64,000 nucleotides of DNA from Lama guanicoe. Lineage: Eukaryota. The position numbers and the translations under genes are program-made. The notes beneath the pieces are model-generated. The model was given only the letters and a program-made list of their open reading frames with translations. It did not search any database and had not been told where the DNA came from. Location of the stretch: positions 2,811,058 to 2,875,057 of the forward strand of contig MU053487.1 of assembly GCA_013239625.1 (NCBI GenBank), written 5' to 3'. This document shows, one piece after another, positions 48,485-60,400 of this stretch (the stretch's first letter is position 1; each line of letters begins with the position of its first letter).

Positions 48485-48635
48485 CGTTGATGAGAAAACC
48501 CCGTACCTAGCTTTAGGGGCTGTGAAGAACATCTCCCTAAACATCTCCATAGCCAACCTCGGGGACGACGCCTATGATGCTAACGTGTCCTTCAACGTTT
48601 CCCGGGAGCTCTTCTTCATCAACATGTGGCAGAAG
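48485..48635 (+). CDS. ITGA9: Integrin alpha-9 internal coding exon (probably exon 18), 151 nt, phase 2-0; calf-1 domain start
   Basis: Acceptor ttttccattgcAG ends at 48484 and donor GTaagg starts at 48636. AG+C completes a Ser, then VDEKTPYLALGAVKNISLNISIANLGDDAYDANVSFNVSRELFFINMWQK (integrin N.G.DAY motif). 77+151=228 nt restores the frame. Confidence 0.96.
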
Positions 48636-50499
48636 GTAAGGGGGGCCCGCGTCGAAGGCATGTGCTGACTTTCCTCGGAGCTTGGCATAGGCAGTGATCC
48701 TACCAAGACCAGTCCTATATGTGGAAGAGTCTTTGGATTACAATTGGACTCAGAAAGCATGTTGGTCCAGCCCAAAAAGAAGCCATAAATACGCAGGGAG
48801 CGTCAGAGCAGCATCCATATCTCACACCGTCTCCATCCCTTCTCTCTTGTGAAACCCTCTCTGCAGTTTTATGTCTGACCCCTTCTCTGATAGGATCCCA
48901 TTGCCATCTCTAGCACATGCATGTTCTAGAGAATTCCCCCCCTCTAGGTCAGTGGTTGTGAAAAACAAAGAATGAGAACACATACCTCCTTATCACGAGT
49001 AGTTATCACCAATGGTGCATTTGATGTTTTCCATTGAGAGGGTCGTGGCCATCAGCCTGTGCTTTGGCATATTGATTTATTCCTGAAATATTTTAATGAA
49101 TGGAGGAAATCAAATTATTTCCATGAATTGAGTGAGTTGTTTTCTTTTTTTAGAGTGAATGAATTTATTTGAATGATTGACATTTAAGTTGCATGACTCA
49201 AGAAAGGAAAAGGAGCAGGGATGCCCGCCTGCCCCATAATCCACCCAGTGAACCATGTTGGGGAAGAAAGAGTCACAGGCCTGGTGCGTGGGCAGCGGGA
49301 GGAACAAGTGAACTCAGACAGATCTCCCTCCCCCCCGGGGTTGTCTGACTGTCGGCAGCTGTTCCAATGGGAACTTTTGCAGCTTTTTTAAGTGTTCACA
49401 GCATTGAACTGCAGTGCCTGAGGCCCGTATTAAAATGGAGCCAAAGTCACTTTCCGCGAGAAACCTTTCCTAACCTGCAGGTGAGCACCAAGGGCAGCCT
49501 TCTGTCCAGGCACAGGTCCGGCCAGGGTCCATAGTTTGGACAGGGCTGTGCCAACCCTGCACGGCTTGGGGGCAGCTGAAGCATGTAGCACCATCTGGAA
49601 TGGCTCTCCAGGAACTCCCCCAAGAGGTCATCTCAGATGCTCTGCTGCTCCATCGTTTTTGGAGCTCCAGGATGAGGGAGACCACAGAAGCACTGAATGA
49701 CGTGCTTTCCAGCCACCTTCTACACCCAAACTATCATCCCTGGGTTAAGCCCAGTGCAGAGGGAACCAGGTATCTATAGGCTTCTGTTACCTGGCGATGC
49801 ACAGAATCTCCCTTACAGAATTTCCATGCCATGATGTCATGGTGCCATGACACCATCTTCCTAGGGGTGGGGGAGAGGCGGCTAGGAGGGTGGACGGGGT
49901 AGGGGAAGAGGGGATTATGCAGGGACCAGACCTGTGGTAACTGAGAGGATGTGGCTGGTGACTGGGTCATCACAGTGAGCAGGTTCCCCTCACTCAGGGA
50001 TACATTTCTCTGTCTCAGAATTAGGAACAGCTGTGCTTTCCCCCAGCATTTTGCCTTGTTTGTACCTGTGGACACAGTCATCCATGTAACCGACTAAGCT
50101 TCGTTGTCTCTGTTTGCTGGAAAGTTCCAAGCTGGCCCCACTCTTTCGGGACGTAGGAGTTGGTAGTAGTATTGTATAAACTAAGTAGCCACCTGCATCT
50201 TACTTTACTTCCCTTCACCATGTTTTTTTCTTTTTAGCTGGCAGACTGCACAATAGTCTTATCATAGGATGTATGTGGGTTCCCTATGAATTCCGATTAT
50301 TGTATATTTCAAGTCCAGTTTTATTCTCTTTTAAATGATATTGTGATGAGTATCTTTTACAGAGCTTAGTATGAGCAAATGATTATTTGCTTAATCCTAT
50401 AATTATTTGGGAAGTGGCAAGTAGCATTTATTGACCACTTACTATACACCAGGGGTTTTACGTGCATTTTTCCATTCCCTCCTTACTGCATGTGATCCG

Positions 50500-50790
50500 T
50501 TGCATCTGATTTATTGGCGGAATGCTCTCAGAAGAGAAGTGAGGGAAGCAGGATGGGGCAGAAAGGGCTGAGTAAGGGCGTGCTGTCGTAAAATCTGGCC
50601 TTGGTCTGATTTGTGGGGCAGAAAGAGGCGGGGGAGGCCCTAAAGCATAAATTGCTCAGCAAAATTGTCCACCCTTGAAGTGGCCCGGGAGCTGTGTTTC
50701 CACCCCTGTATCATCACTGACCACTGGGAGGTGGTGGTGAGTAGCCTCCCTGATATTCCGGAGGTGGGGACTCCTGTCAGCCAGTGCACC
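50500..50790 (-). mobile_element. LTR16-like ERVL LTR fragment
   Basis: tgattttattggcggaatgctctcagaagagaagtgagggaagcaggatggggcag...gctgagtaagg, similar to the 10.7-kb element. Confidence 0.6.
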
Positions 50791-53126
50791 TGCGAAAGAC
50801 ACAGATATGTCATTGGCTGCTGTTCTGAGAGCCCGGTCCTTCCTGCCTCCCCTCCTCCCCAGGCTTGTTCATCATGCTCCTCAACACACATTTAAATCCA
50901 CTTATAATTTACTCCTGAAGCTGCCTGCACCCAGAACACCCACCCCCTCATTTTGTTTAATGAACTGCTCTGGCCTCACGTCTCAGCCCGGGTGTCACCC
51001 AGGCAAGGCCCTTGCCTGGTTGCACACGTGATGTGAGTGGATGGACAGATGGCTGGATGGGTGGCTCTGCCTCCTGGTCAAAGTCACAGCGCAACTCCAG
51101 AGCCCAGGCCCCGCCTCCAAGGTCTCCGGCCTTCTCTACCATCGCACCATTAGTGGCACGTTAATTTCTGAGACTGAACAGAAAATATTGCTTGAGATGA
51201 GTTTTTCTGTCTCATATGAGGCTTCTTTCATAGACTTGTCCTGGTTCCTTCCTTTAAGGGAAAGTTGCTTGTAAAAGTGTGGGATTCACATGCATGACCA
51301 TCTGCTAACTGTTCTCTCACCTACATAAAGCTACCTTGAAAACACCGTATAATAGGATGTAATTTGTTGGTGGCTGCTGGCCGCTAGGCTGGCCGGCGTG
51401 TGCTGTCCAGGTGTAGCGCGGCTTGTAGCGGTCTCCTGTGCAGCAGTGAGAGGGATCTCTTAAGGGTGGGGAGAGAGAATAAGAAAGAATGGAGAAGATG
51501 TAGTTTGGAATAGCACTGCATCACACAACTTCAGGGTCACGTTCACACTGGGTTCTGTGTGAGCGATAGCCCAGAGCACAGTCCCACACAGTGTGATGTG
51601 TACGGTACCCTCTGGAGCTGTACAGCCATGTGGCACTGGAGTCAAAGTCAAGTCGCGTTTTATTTTCTTGCCTTGGTGCCACTTGGCACAAAGGGGTTTG
51701 GTCCTTCTTGTGTCTGTGGAACAGGAATGGATTTGTTTGGACAACAGTGATGAAGTACCTGCTAAGTGCCAGCAGCTAGGAGACACAAAGATGGGTCAGC
51801 AGCAGTCCTGGCTGCCAGGGAGCTCACAGACTAATAGGGTGAAGGGCATCTCAGCCAGCAATGAAAGTCCAAGGCGCCAGCTGCTCTGCAGAGGTGCTGA
51901 GAAGTTGCTCTGAAGCACAGAGATGACAAGGTGAAGCAAGTCATTGCTGGAACAGCTAGTTTTGGGTTGGACAGAATCCCTGGAGAAGTGCTTAGGGTAG
52001 AGGAACGGGCCCCTGAAGAGTTGGTGCCAACACTGCAGAACTAGGGTGGTGGGGTGGGGAGGGCCAGTTAATTTGGGAGGTGAAATTGAGAGCTGGGCTT
52101 GCAGCAAGGGTGAGCTGGCAGAGGAGAGCACAGGAGGAGGAACAAGAGAGACCGAGCGGGATGGAAAGAGGCTGCGCATGTGGGACAGAGGACCTGTACC
52201 ATTCATGCGGCGGGGTGAGCTCAGGACCTTTTAGGGATGCTGATGCCTGCTGCTCTGTGCTGAAGTATCTTGTCGGTTAGGACTCCTGAGCTCATAAATG
52301 CTTCACGTGATGGTGCGATGGGGTAGGCGGAGGGAGAAACTCAAGGAAGGGGCTGGCTGCACGAGCACACCTTCATGGTACTGACTGTCATGCACGCATA
52401 GAAGCAGACACGGATGTGGACAGTGTAAACTTCAAACCAGGAGCAAGCGAGCTCCCAGCTGACCCACAGATTTAGAGGAGGCCCTGCTGGGAGGGGAGAA
52501 AGAACAAGGGCAGCTCGTGACCCAGTCTCCTCTCCACAGCGTGGCATCTTGGTTGGGTCTCCCAGACGCCGACCTTGAAGCCAGGAATTGAGGGTAGTTC
52601 GTTTGTTTGGGAAGTGCAGGGAACAGTGATAAGGAGGCGGATTGACACAGGCAGGTAGAGGCAGCTAACAAATAAGAGTTCTTTGACACCAGCTACCACC
52701 ATGGGTGATGGGACTTAATCCCTCAGGGCAGCTCCCGGGAACGGTGCAGGATGCAAGCCTCGGCTGAGGGAGCTGGGGATTCACACCCCTTCCCAAGAAG
52801 TCGATGATTGAGACCTTCTCTGGAGATTCATTCCCCGGTACTTCTGTCACAATGTACGTGGCCAGTGGAGCCTACACGGTTCTGGAACAATGTCCTCAGG
52901 CACAGAGATGCAGACATTGGCAGCTGGAGGTGGGCTGGAGCACCCTGAAAGCTGAGACCCTCTGAGCAGGGCTCACCAGCATCTGTTGGAAATGCCCACC
53001 AGGTTGGAAGCCCCTCCATCCTGAGCACCTCACTTTCTAGGCTTCTCGAAGTTGTGAGTTGGCCTCAGAGAACTTTGCTGGGGTTCTAATGGTGCACACC
53101 TCACAGTCTATAGGAACGGGGCAAGA

Positions 53127-53437
53127 CAGGTGTTGCAAATGGGAGAAGACTGCCAGGCATGGGACAGTAGGGAGTGGTGGAGACTATGGAAAAATGGAGG
53201 ATTCCAGCCTCATTCACAGAAGGCAGCCACTGCCCAGCAGTGATCACTGGTTGCCGGGTGGGAGGGAGGGCCAGTTTGCCAGACTTCCTATTTTTCAGCC
53301 AAAGCCAGAAATCCACATTTTTCAGTGAAATCTCATGACTTTGGCAGTTAATTAAAATGATCTCTGAGCGTTGTATGGGCCAAACAAAACATGTCTATTT
53401 ACTGCATCCAGCCCGTTGGCCATCAACTGTGACCTGC
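53127..53437. mobile_element. MER102-like hAT MITE
   Basis: gggagtggtggagactatgg...ttgccagacttcctatttttcagccaaagccagaaatccacatttttcagtgaaatctc...gggccaaacaaaacatgtct. Confidence 0.7.
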
Positions 53438-53874
53438 ATCTTAGCTGTTCTCCATACGTTCTAGTCCCCTTGTCTGCCTGTTTGTCACGTGGATCTAGGG
53501 TTTTGGCAAAAACGAGTCTCTCTGTGGCCTTTCACGTCCACCACTGGGTGGTAGATAAGTCAGCCAAGAGACTGGGATTCGGGGGCTTTGAGGACAAGTG
53601 TGTGTGGAGGGAAATAGGGGACTAGAGAGTGTCAACCCAAATGTAGTGGCCAAGGAATTTTTACAGCTAATGATGTTTTGTAAACGATCTGCGAGCTGGA
53701 ATATTTGTACTCTGCAGTGATTGCAAGAAGCAGCTTAAGCTGGAGTGTTTTAGAGTTTCTTAGTCTTAGAAGTTCTTAGAAGAGAAGTAAATAACCCACT
53801 GCCAAGGTGGAGCAGAGGGGAAGTGAGGCTCTGGATCCCACTGGAAGGGGAGGTCAACCTCCAGCTGTTTCTCA

Positions 53875-54000
53875 CCACCAGTGTGGCCTTGGGCGCAGTC
53901 ACCTTCTGTCTGCTCTTCAGTCTCTTTCTTATAGATAGAATGAGATGTGCTGAGGATTAAATAAGGCCTACGCCAAGCTCCTTGTACGTGATGGGTGCCT
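53875..54000 (+). mobile_element. MIR fragment
   Basis: gtgtggccttgggcgcagtcacc...ttcagtctctttctt...gtgctgaggattaaataag. Confidence 0.5.
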
Positions 54001-54051
54001 GTCATGGTACCTCTCGCAGCACGTGCTTTATAGTCCATTCATTTACTTCAA

Positions 54052-54173
54052 TTTTTTGGTGGATAGGTAAGTAGGTTTCTTTCTTTCTTTTTTTAGAGGA
54101 GGTACTGGGGATTGAACCCAGTACCTTGTGCATGCTAAGCATGTGCTCTACCACTTGAGCAATACCCTCTCCC
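54052..54173 (-). mobile_element. Camelid tRNA-Ala-derived SINE (vic-1 type), second copy
   Basis: Reverse strand reads GGGAGAGGGTATTGCTCAAGTGGTAGAGCACATGCTTAGCATGCACAAGGTACTGGGTTCAATCCCCAGTACCTCC, with an A-rich 3' part shared with the 4.0-kb copy. Confidence 0.9.
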
Positions 54174-56721
54174 GCATAAGGGATATATTTTGATCACCCA
54201 CCTCAGACCAAGATTAAATGCTAAGTGACTGGAGGAAAAAGGCAAGAACATAATATGTAGCTTGTGAATCAGAGAGTGTTGACTCTTCCTTTTAAACTGA
54301 GAATCAAGACCTGTGGTCTTAACAAAGGACTGTGTATGTGACTTCATCATGTCAAAAACTAGAGATAGGGTTAAACCCAACATATTTTTATATTTAATGA
54401 ATTGCTTTTCTTTAAAAAGTAAAATTACATGAGAAGTAATGTAAAACTTAGTAAAGGTCAGCTTAGTAAATGTTTTTGTTAGCTTTCGTGGCTCTGTTTG
54501 CCTTTAATGCTTGTTGATTTTCTTACTATTTGCTGAAATATTGGAATTTTTGGTTTGGGAATGTTGACTTTTAAAAGTCCAAGCTGTATCATTGTTCAAA
54601 TATGTGGTACATGCAATAAATAATATCAGACTTAAAGAATGTGGAGAATGATGGGCTGCACAAACAATGGGTTGTGAAGCCTGGGCAGGGAGGGGACCAG
54701 CCCAAAGGTCTGCAGAAGTGTGACGTCCTCTGAAGCCTGGTGGAGAAGTTGGGTTTTTAATCACATAGGCAGTGAATGAAGGGGCTAGACTGAGGGTCTG
54801 GACGGAGAAAACAGAAGCAAGGATGGAGGCTGGGACATCCTGGGAGAAAAGCCAAGGAGTGAACAGTGTAGGGACGTCCAAAGTGAGTTCCATCTTGGAC
54901 CTGCTGGAGGAGGGAGGCAAGTGAGGAGGAAGGACATGTGATCATAAATCCAGTGGGAGGACAAAGAACCTCCACGGTGATCACGTTCAGAGCGCTTCCC
55001 GTTTATAAGACATGTCATTACTGCTCGTCGCCCGTTGGTTGTAAGTCACTGGATTCAACCCATGAGCTGTTGCCTCACCTCCCATTCTCCTGGAGGGACT
55101 GCGATGGTGGGACGGGCCCTATCTTTTAATTTCCTTCATGATAGGACCTAATGCGGGAGGTGTGAAGACATAGGAGGCGGACAGAAGGAAAGCCCGGTTG
55201 TGCTCTTTCTGGGGAGTGAGCGCTCGGGGTTCTGAATTAAACTGAGCTCTGGGGGTAGGAAATCACCAGCGCCACTTCCGCGGCTTTCAGTGGCTTATTC
55301 TTTATGACAAGAGGCAATAGAGGGCTCATAGGTTTGTTTTTCTTGTAAAGTGATTCTTCCAGCTCATACCTACCTTTACCTGCACAAAGGGCAACCCCTT
55401 CTCATTTTCAAGGCAAACCACTCAAGATGGCACTAGGCAATAAGACTGATTCAGTTTCTAACCTGGGTCGAACAGGAAAGATTATACCCTTCCGTGTTTG
55501 CATACCTTTATGTTTGCGGGAGTGCCCTGGCCTGTTCTCAGACAGAAGTTTCCACACGGAAGCTGCATCCGTACACACAGACAAAATTGAGATGTGTTAA
55601 GCGGAGCTGGGAAGTCTCCAGCATTGCGCATTGGAAGGGTTTGCAGGTGGAAGTGCGTGCACCTCATCCTTCGGCGAGTAAGCAGATTTCAAAGAGCCTT
55701 CCTGCGTTCTGCCACCGCCCTCATTTCTGGCAGGAACTGACTTTCATTGTGTTCTGCTTTCTCCGGTGTCTCTCATCAAGTTAATAGTAGCCTCGAGTCA
55801 AATGCAACCCTTAGATGTTTATAGTCATCTTGGCTGGGCCATTAAGATGATGAATGAACTTGCTGCTTGCCCTGGTAAGAGCCCAGAGGGTGGATATTGA
55901 TATTCAGAAAATAATAAGTCTTTTTCGCTCCCTTCCTGTTTTTAATCCAGTGCCCCCAAGCCCCCTAGTGCTTTACCTTAAACTTCCTGCTTAATGCCAG
56001 GCAGAAAAACCTCACCTGGATCCAAGCCCATTTGAGGTTCTAACACAGAGCGAGCTCTTTCTCTCATCCCTTGCTTGTCAGAGATAAATCCCACCTTCCC
56101 TAGAGCCCCTGCCCTTCCCCTGGAGTGGATAAGCAGGGGTGGTGGGGAGCAGGTACCGGATGCCAGGTTGCAGCTCCTCACTCTTCCGGCCCGGCCATCA
56201 GAGCCATCCTAACACCGAGTGAAGCGGTGCCTGGGAGGAAGGCTGGGCCCTTTCTGTGGCGGCCGGCAGCAAGGCAGTGCTGGAGAAACCCAGACACTGA
56301 TTTCATATCACACACGGCCTCCAAGTTCCACGGTGGGGCTCAGCTTTCATATATATGAAAAGCTGCATTTGTGTATTCACTGTGTTTGGAAGGAAGGCTA
56401 GGTTTTGCTTTAGAAATGTCAACAGAGCTGTAGCTACGACAGGGATCTTTTACGTTACGAAGGACGTTTTCCAGAGCTGCAGGACTTGGGCAGATCTATG
56501 GGGCGGGGGGAGTTTAGAAAACATGTGGTAAACCTCCGTATTTTTTTTCTAATGAACTGCAAAACAGCCGTTTAATCATTTCCTCTTTTAAGAGGAAAGG
56601 GGGAGTCTTGGATTTTAAATCTTTTTTATAAAGCGGCACGACACCTCTTAAAAAGAAAGCCATGAAAATCATTTGCTAAGTCCAACAAAAGAAAACTTTA
56701 AAAAAATCGAGAAGAATGTAG

Positions 56722-57180
56722 GTGTTTTAGGCTGAATTTTCCTTGAAGCAGATCCTGAGGTGCAGGTTCACGGCAAGTGGTTTGGGAGGGATGAGCTCCC
56801 TGGGGAGAGGCATAGGGAGTAGAGGACACAGATCAGGAAGGGGTGCAGTGTCAGGCAGAGTCCCACTGAGCTCCGAAGTGTGGGTCACGTCTCAGCACTG
56901 CTCCATCTCCAGACCAGGAAGTTGGGCTTTTGTTCTTCTGCAAGCACTGGCCATTGGTTAAGGCCACTTATGGAGGAAATGAAGTCCTTGGCACTTTCTG
57001 CCTTCTGAGGGAGTGGTGTGGACAGAGCGGGCAGCAGCTAGAGGGCGGGCCTCAAAGAAGTCCCACGGGCACTGGCTCCAAGCAGATTTGCTTTATGGAA
57101 GCAAATGCAAACAGAAGCCAGAAGGTGGGCACCTCGAGGGGACCCATGGATCTGAGTGGAACACTGGAAGTGACGCTACA
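56722..57180 (-). mobile_element. ERVL solo LTR (LTR16/LTR33/LTR41 group)
   Basis: tgttttaggctgaattttccttgaagcagatcctgaggtgcagg...caagtggtttgggagg...ggatctgagtggaacactggaagtgacgctaca (TG...CA). Confidence 0.6.
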
Positions 57181-57552
57181 GTAGGATGACCTTCAGCTGG
57201 TGTGCTCTGGGTTCTGGAGAGTATGTTACAAGCATATGGATAAAGTCTTCGAGCTCTTGAGGTGTTTGTGTGATGTGGTCAGTGTCAGTTGCACATAGGA
57301 TGTTTCCACCAGCATCTGAATCAGGGAATCGACAAATGTGAAAGCCCTTGGAATTTAAGAGAGAGTGTGAATGCATAGCTGTGGTCTAATACAGCCCAGC
57401 TTGCCAGAGCTGGCATTTCATCCCTTCGAGGCCAGACTTACAAGTAGCTCCCTTGCTCCCTGTTGGCCCCAGCATCATTCTTACCCAGCCTCCTGAGTTT
57501 AACTAGCCAGCCTGCTCTCCTAAGCAAGTAGATGAAGCAGCTAATTTTAAAA

Positions 57553-58148
57553 ATCAGTTAGGAATGTGTTTGGCTGCATGTACCAGAAAGGAAAACTTTC
57601 AGTAGCTTATCCTAATGAGATTTTAGTTTTTCTTTTGCAATAATAAGTCTAGAGGTGGACATTGCAGGACCGGTAACTATATGATGCCATCCAAAGCCCA
57701 GTTCCTTTTGTCTTTCCACTCAGCCTTTCTTTATACATCTTGCTTCTTGGTTTCTACTTCCAACACTGCCGCTGCAGTCCACGCAGTAAGAAGAAGAAAG
57801 ATAACAGGTCTGCCCCCTTTGAAAGAGCTTTCCTGAAGCTCTATTTAGCATTTTCCTTGTAAATCTCATTGGCCACAACCATGTCACGTGGCTACCTCAG
57901 CCACAAGGGAGACTGGGCTATGAATTTTCCTAGCTGGGCACCCTGCCACCCCAAACACAGCCAAATTCTATTTACAAAGACGAAGGGAAGAATGGCGTTG
58001 GGAGGCATCAGCCTCAGCCAACCAATCAGCATCAGCCTCAGTCAGCCACAGCCAACCAGTCAGCATCAGCCTCAATCAGCCTCAGCCAACCAATCAGCAT
58101 CAGCCTCAGTCAGCCTCAGCCAACCAATTCAGCATCACCTCAGCCACA
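57553..58148 (-). mobile_element. MLT1J-like MaLR LTR whose terminus has expanded into a minisatellite
   Basis: tcagttaggaatgtgtttggctgca...aataagtctagaggtgg...tctcattggccacaaccatgtcacgtggctacc...aagggagactggg...gaagggaagaatgg...gccaca. Confidence 0.8.
58005..58148. repeat. 34-bp minisatellite (GCATCAGCCTCAGTCAGCCTCAGCCAACCAATCA), about 4 units
   Basis: Units at 58005-58028 (short), 58029-58062, 58063-58096, 58097-58131, and a partial unit at 58132-58148. Confidence 0.9.
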
Positions 58149-58809
58149 GCAGGCACCTGGGACAACTCAATATGCTACCATAGTTCTTCTAAAGGGCATC
58201 TCATTTTACCCCCTGAAATATAAGGGTAAAAGAAATAATTTGATCCATCATATTGTGTTGGCTTTCTGAATATGTCATTCTTCAGATCTATCATAGCTCA
58301 GTTTGGGTAAGCCAAAAACAAATGAGCAACTTACACAAGTCTTTCCAGACAAGAGTAAGTGTCACTACTCCAACTGAATAGGTTTTCTTTTAGACCTATG
58401 ATATTTTGATTTAGGACTTTTTTCTAATGTTGGACTGAGTCTTTTCTAAACTCCTTTTTTATTTCTAAAAGCATTTTGAAAAAAGATTGAATCTCAAAGG
58501 ATAAACTGAATCTGGCCCCTGAGCAAAGGAGCAATAAAAGTCTAAAACTGTACACTGTTAAGAGTCTTAGACAGATTTTATTTTGGTGTGTCAATACCAA
58601 GTACGGGTCTCTGAGATACAAAGCAGAAAAAAGAAAGGACAGAGAATGAGTCACAGACAAACAGGCAAATGACCAGCCCAATTACTATCTAATTTTCCTT
58701 CTGCCAAAGTTCTTCCAGGCTCTGCGTTACGGCATTTGGGATTTTTTTAAAAAGTCACCTCAAGATCTGGTTTGGCCGTAGTCAGGTGCAGCAGAGCACC
58801 TGGTGAGAA

Positions 58810-58824
58810 CCAGCAGGTGGCGTG
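58810..58824 (+). promoter_or_regulatory. Candidate CTCF core motif
   Basis: CCAGCAGGTGGCG matches the CCASYAGRKGGCR consensus. Motif match only; no occupancy evidence. Confidence 0.35.
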
Positions 58825-58925
58825 CCCCAGGTCGTGCCCAAGGAGTCCACTCCTTCAGTAGATGTCAGACCTGATAAAGCACAGGATCTCTATCTGTACA
58901 CCTTATCTATCTTCAGGGATACCTG

Positions 58926-59415
58926 TTTTTTTTTTATTTTAATACAATTTTAAAGGTTACTTTCCATTTACAGTTATTACAAAGTATTGGCTATTTTCCC
59001 CGTGTTGTACAACACATCCTTGTAACCTGTCTTGTATCTGATAGTTTGTACCTCTCACTCTCTCACCCCTGTATTGCCCCTCTCCCCACCACACACACTG
59101 GTAGCCACTAGTTTGTTTTCTGCATCTGTGAGTCTGTTTCTTTGTTTTACTTATGAGTTTGTTGTATTTTTTAGATTCCACATGTAAGTATATCATGCAG
59201 TATTTATCTTTCTCTGTCTGACTTACTTCACTTAGCATAATGCCCTCCAGGTCCATCCATGTTCCTGCAGAAGGCAAGATTTCATTCTTTTTTATGGCTG
59301 AGTAATATTCTATTATATGTATGTGTGTGTATGTATATATACACATATATACATACACACACACATACACATACCACATCTTCTTTATCCAGTCATCTGT
59401 TGATGGGCACTTAGG
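58926..59415 (-). mobile_element. 5'-truncated L1 (ORF2 C-terminus, 3' UTR, poly-A)
   Basis: Minus-strand translation KCPSTDDWIKKMWY...EYYSAIKKNEIL...WMDLEGIMLSEVSQTEKDKYCMI is the L1 ORF2 end. T-tail at 58926; tacctg on both flanks (58920-58925, 59416-59421). Confidence 0.92.
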
Positions 59416-59841
59416 TACCTGCATTTCTTATTTTCACAAGATGAGGCCATTCCAAGGCTGACAATGTCACTATATTGGATTTGGGGCTGCCACCAGAGGG
59501 GCTACAGCTCTATATCCAAGCCAGTCTGTGCAAGAAAGGCCAAGGTTCAGAACCCCGGTCTTTCTGACTGTTTGATGTATACATTTCCAGCCCCTTCTCC
59601 ACTGTTCTGTTTATCTGCTCCTGTTCTGTGTCTAGTCTGGCATCTTCCTTCTTAATGTGTAAAGGCCAGGTCTGCACTGCTATCCAGTGAGCCCAGCATA
59701 GAATTATTATTGCCCCAGGTCTAAACATGGTATTTCTGTTAATATGGCAGCCACAGCACAATGACGTTTATCTATGATGCATTTACTCTCCCTTTTCTAG
59801 TCTTTTTATGTTATTTGGAAGTTTAGAGGTGTCATTTATAG

Positions 59842-59998
59842 CCTTGCTACTCAAAATATGGTCATGAACCAGCAGCACAGCCTCACCTGGGAGACTGTTA
59901 GACGTGCAGAGTCTCAGACCTGACCACCCAGATCTGCCGCATCAGCGCCTGCATTCTAACAAGACCCTGGGTATCTGCCTGCACAGCAGAATGTGAGG
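59842..59998. mobile_element. MER5A1-like hAT MITE
   Basis: ccttgctactcaaaatatggtcatgaaccagcagcacagcctcacctgggagactgttaga...ctgcattctaacaagaccc. Confidence 0.75.
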
Positions 59999-60144
59999 GA
60001 GGTCACAGCTCCTGACTTTGAGTCATCTAACTTGGTAACTTACCAAGACATTGATGAGGACCCTACATGCACTTGGAGCACGGGGCCTGGTGGTGCTTAG
60101 GGTATGACGCCCTCTGGGCAGACGTGCCTGGGAGGGAAGGAGTG

Positions 60145-60400
60145 GGCGTTTATGGGCTACCCTTTAAGCACCGTGCCTCGGGCTTTACCTTACTGAATCC
60201 TCACCACAGCCCTGTGTGATGGGTGTCTTATTCCCAATGTGTAGATGAGGGAGCAGAGCCTCCCACAGTTAAGGGAATGCAATCACTCTGTGTTCAAGAC
60301 TTGCAAAGGTTAACGAGACTGGGGTCAGAAAGCCAGTAAGTGGCTGGATTGGCGCTAACATCGCCTCTTGGCCCTGCTTTCCTTATCTCACAGGCCAGGA
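60145..60400 (-). mobile_element. MIR fragment
   Basis: gaatcctcaccacagccctgtgtgatgggtgtcttattcccaatgtgtagatgagggagcagag. Confidence 0.6.

Noticed and set aside
54098..54173. Possible tRNA-Ala(AGC) gene (likewise ~4046-4120)
   Set aside because: The tRNA-like head has stem mismatches and is followed by a shared SINE tail and A-run; one copy has a TSD. These are SINEs.
58005..58148. CRISPR-like array (~34-bp periodicity)
   Set aside because: Head-to-tail repeats with no unique spacers, in a mammalian intron with no cas genes.
58957..59424. 155-aa minus-strand ORF
   Set aside because: Terminal L1 ORF2 codons plus 3' UTR and a microsatellite; part of a truncated retrotransposon, not a gene.
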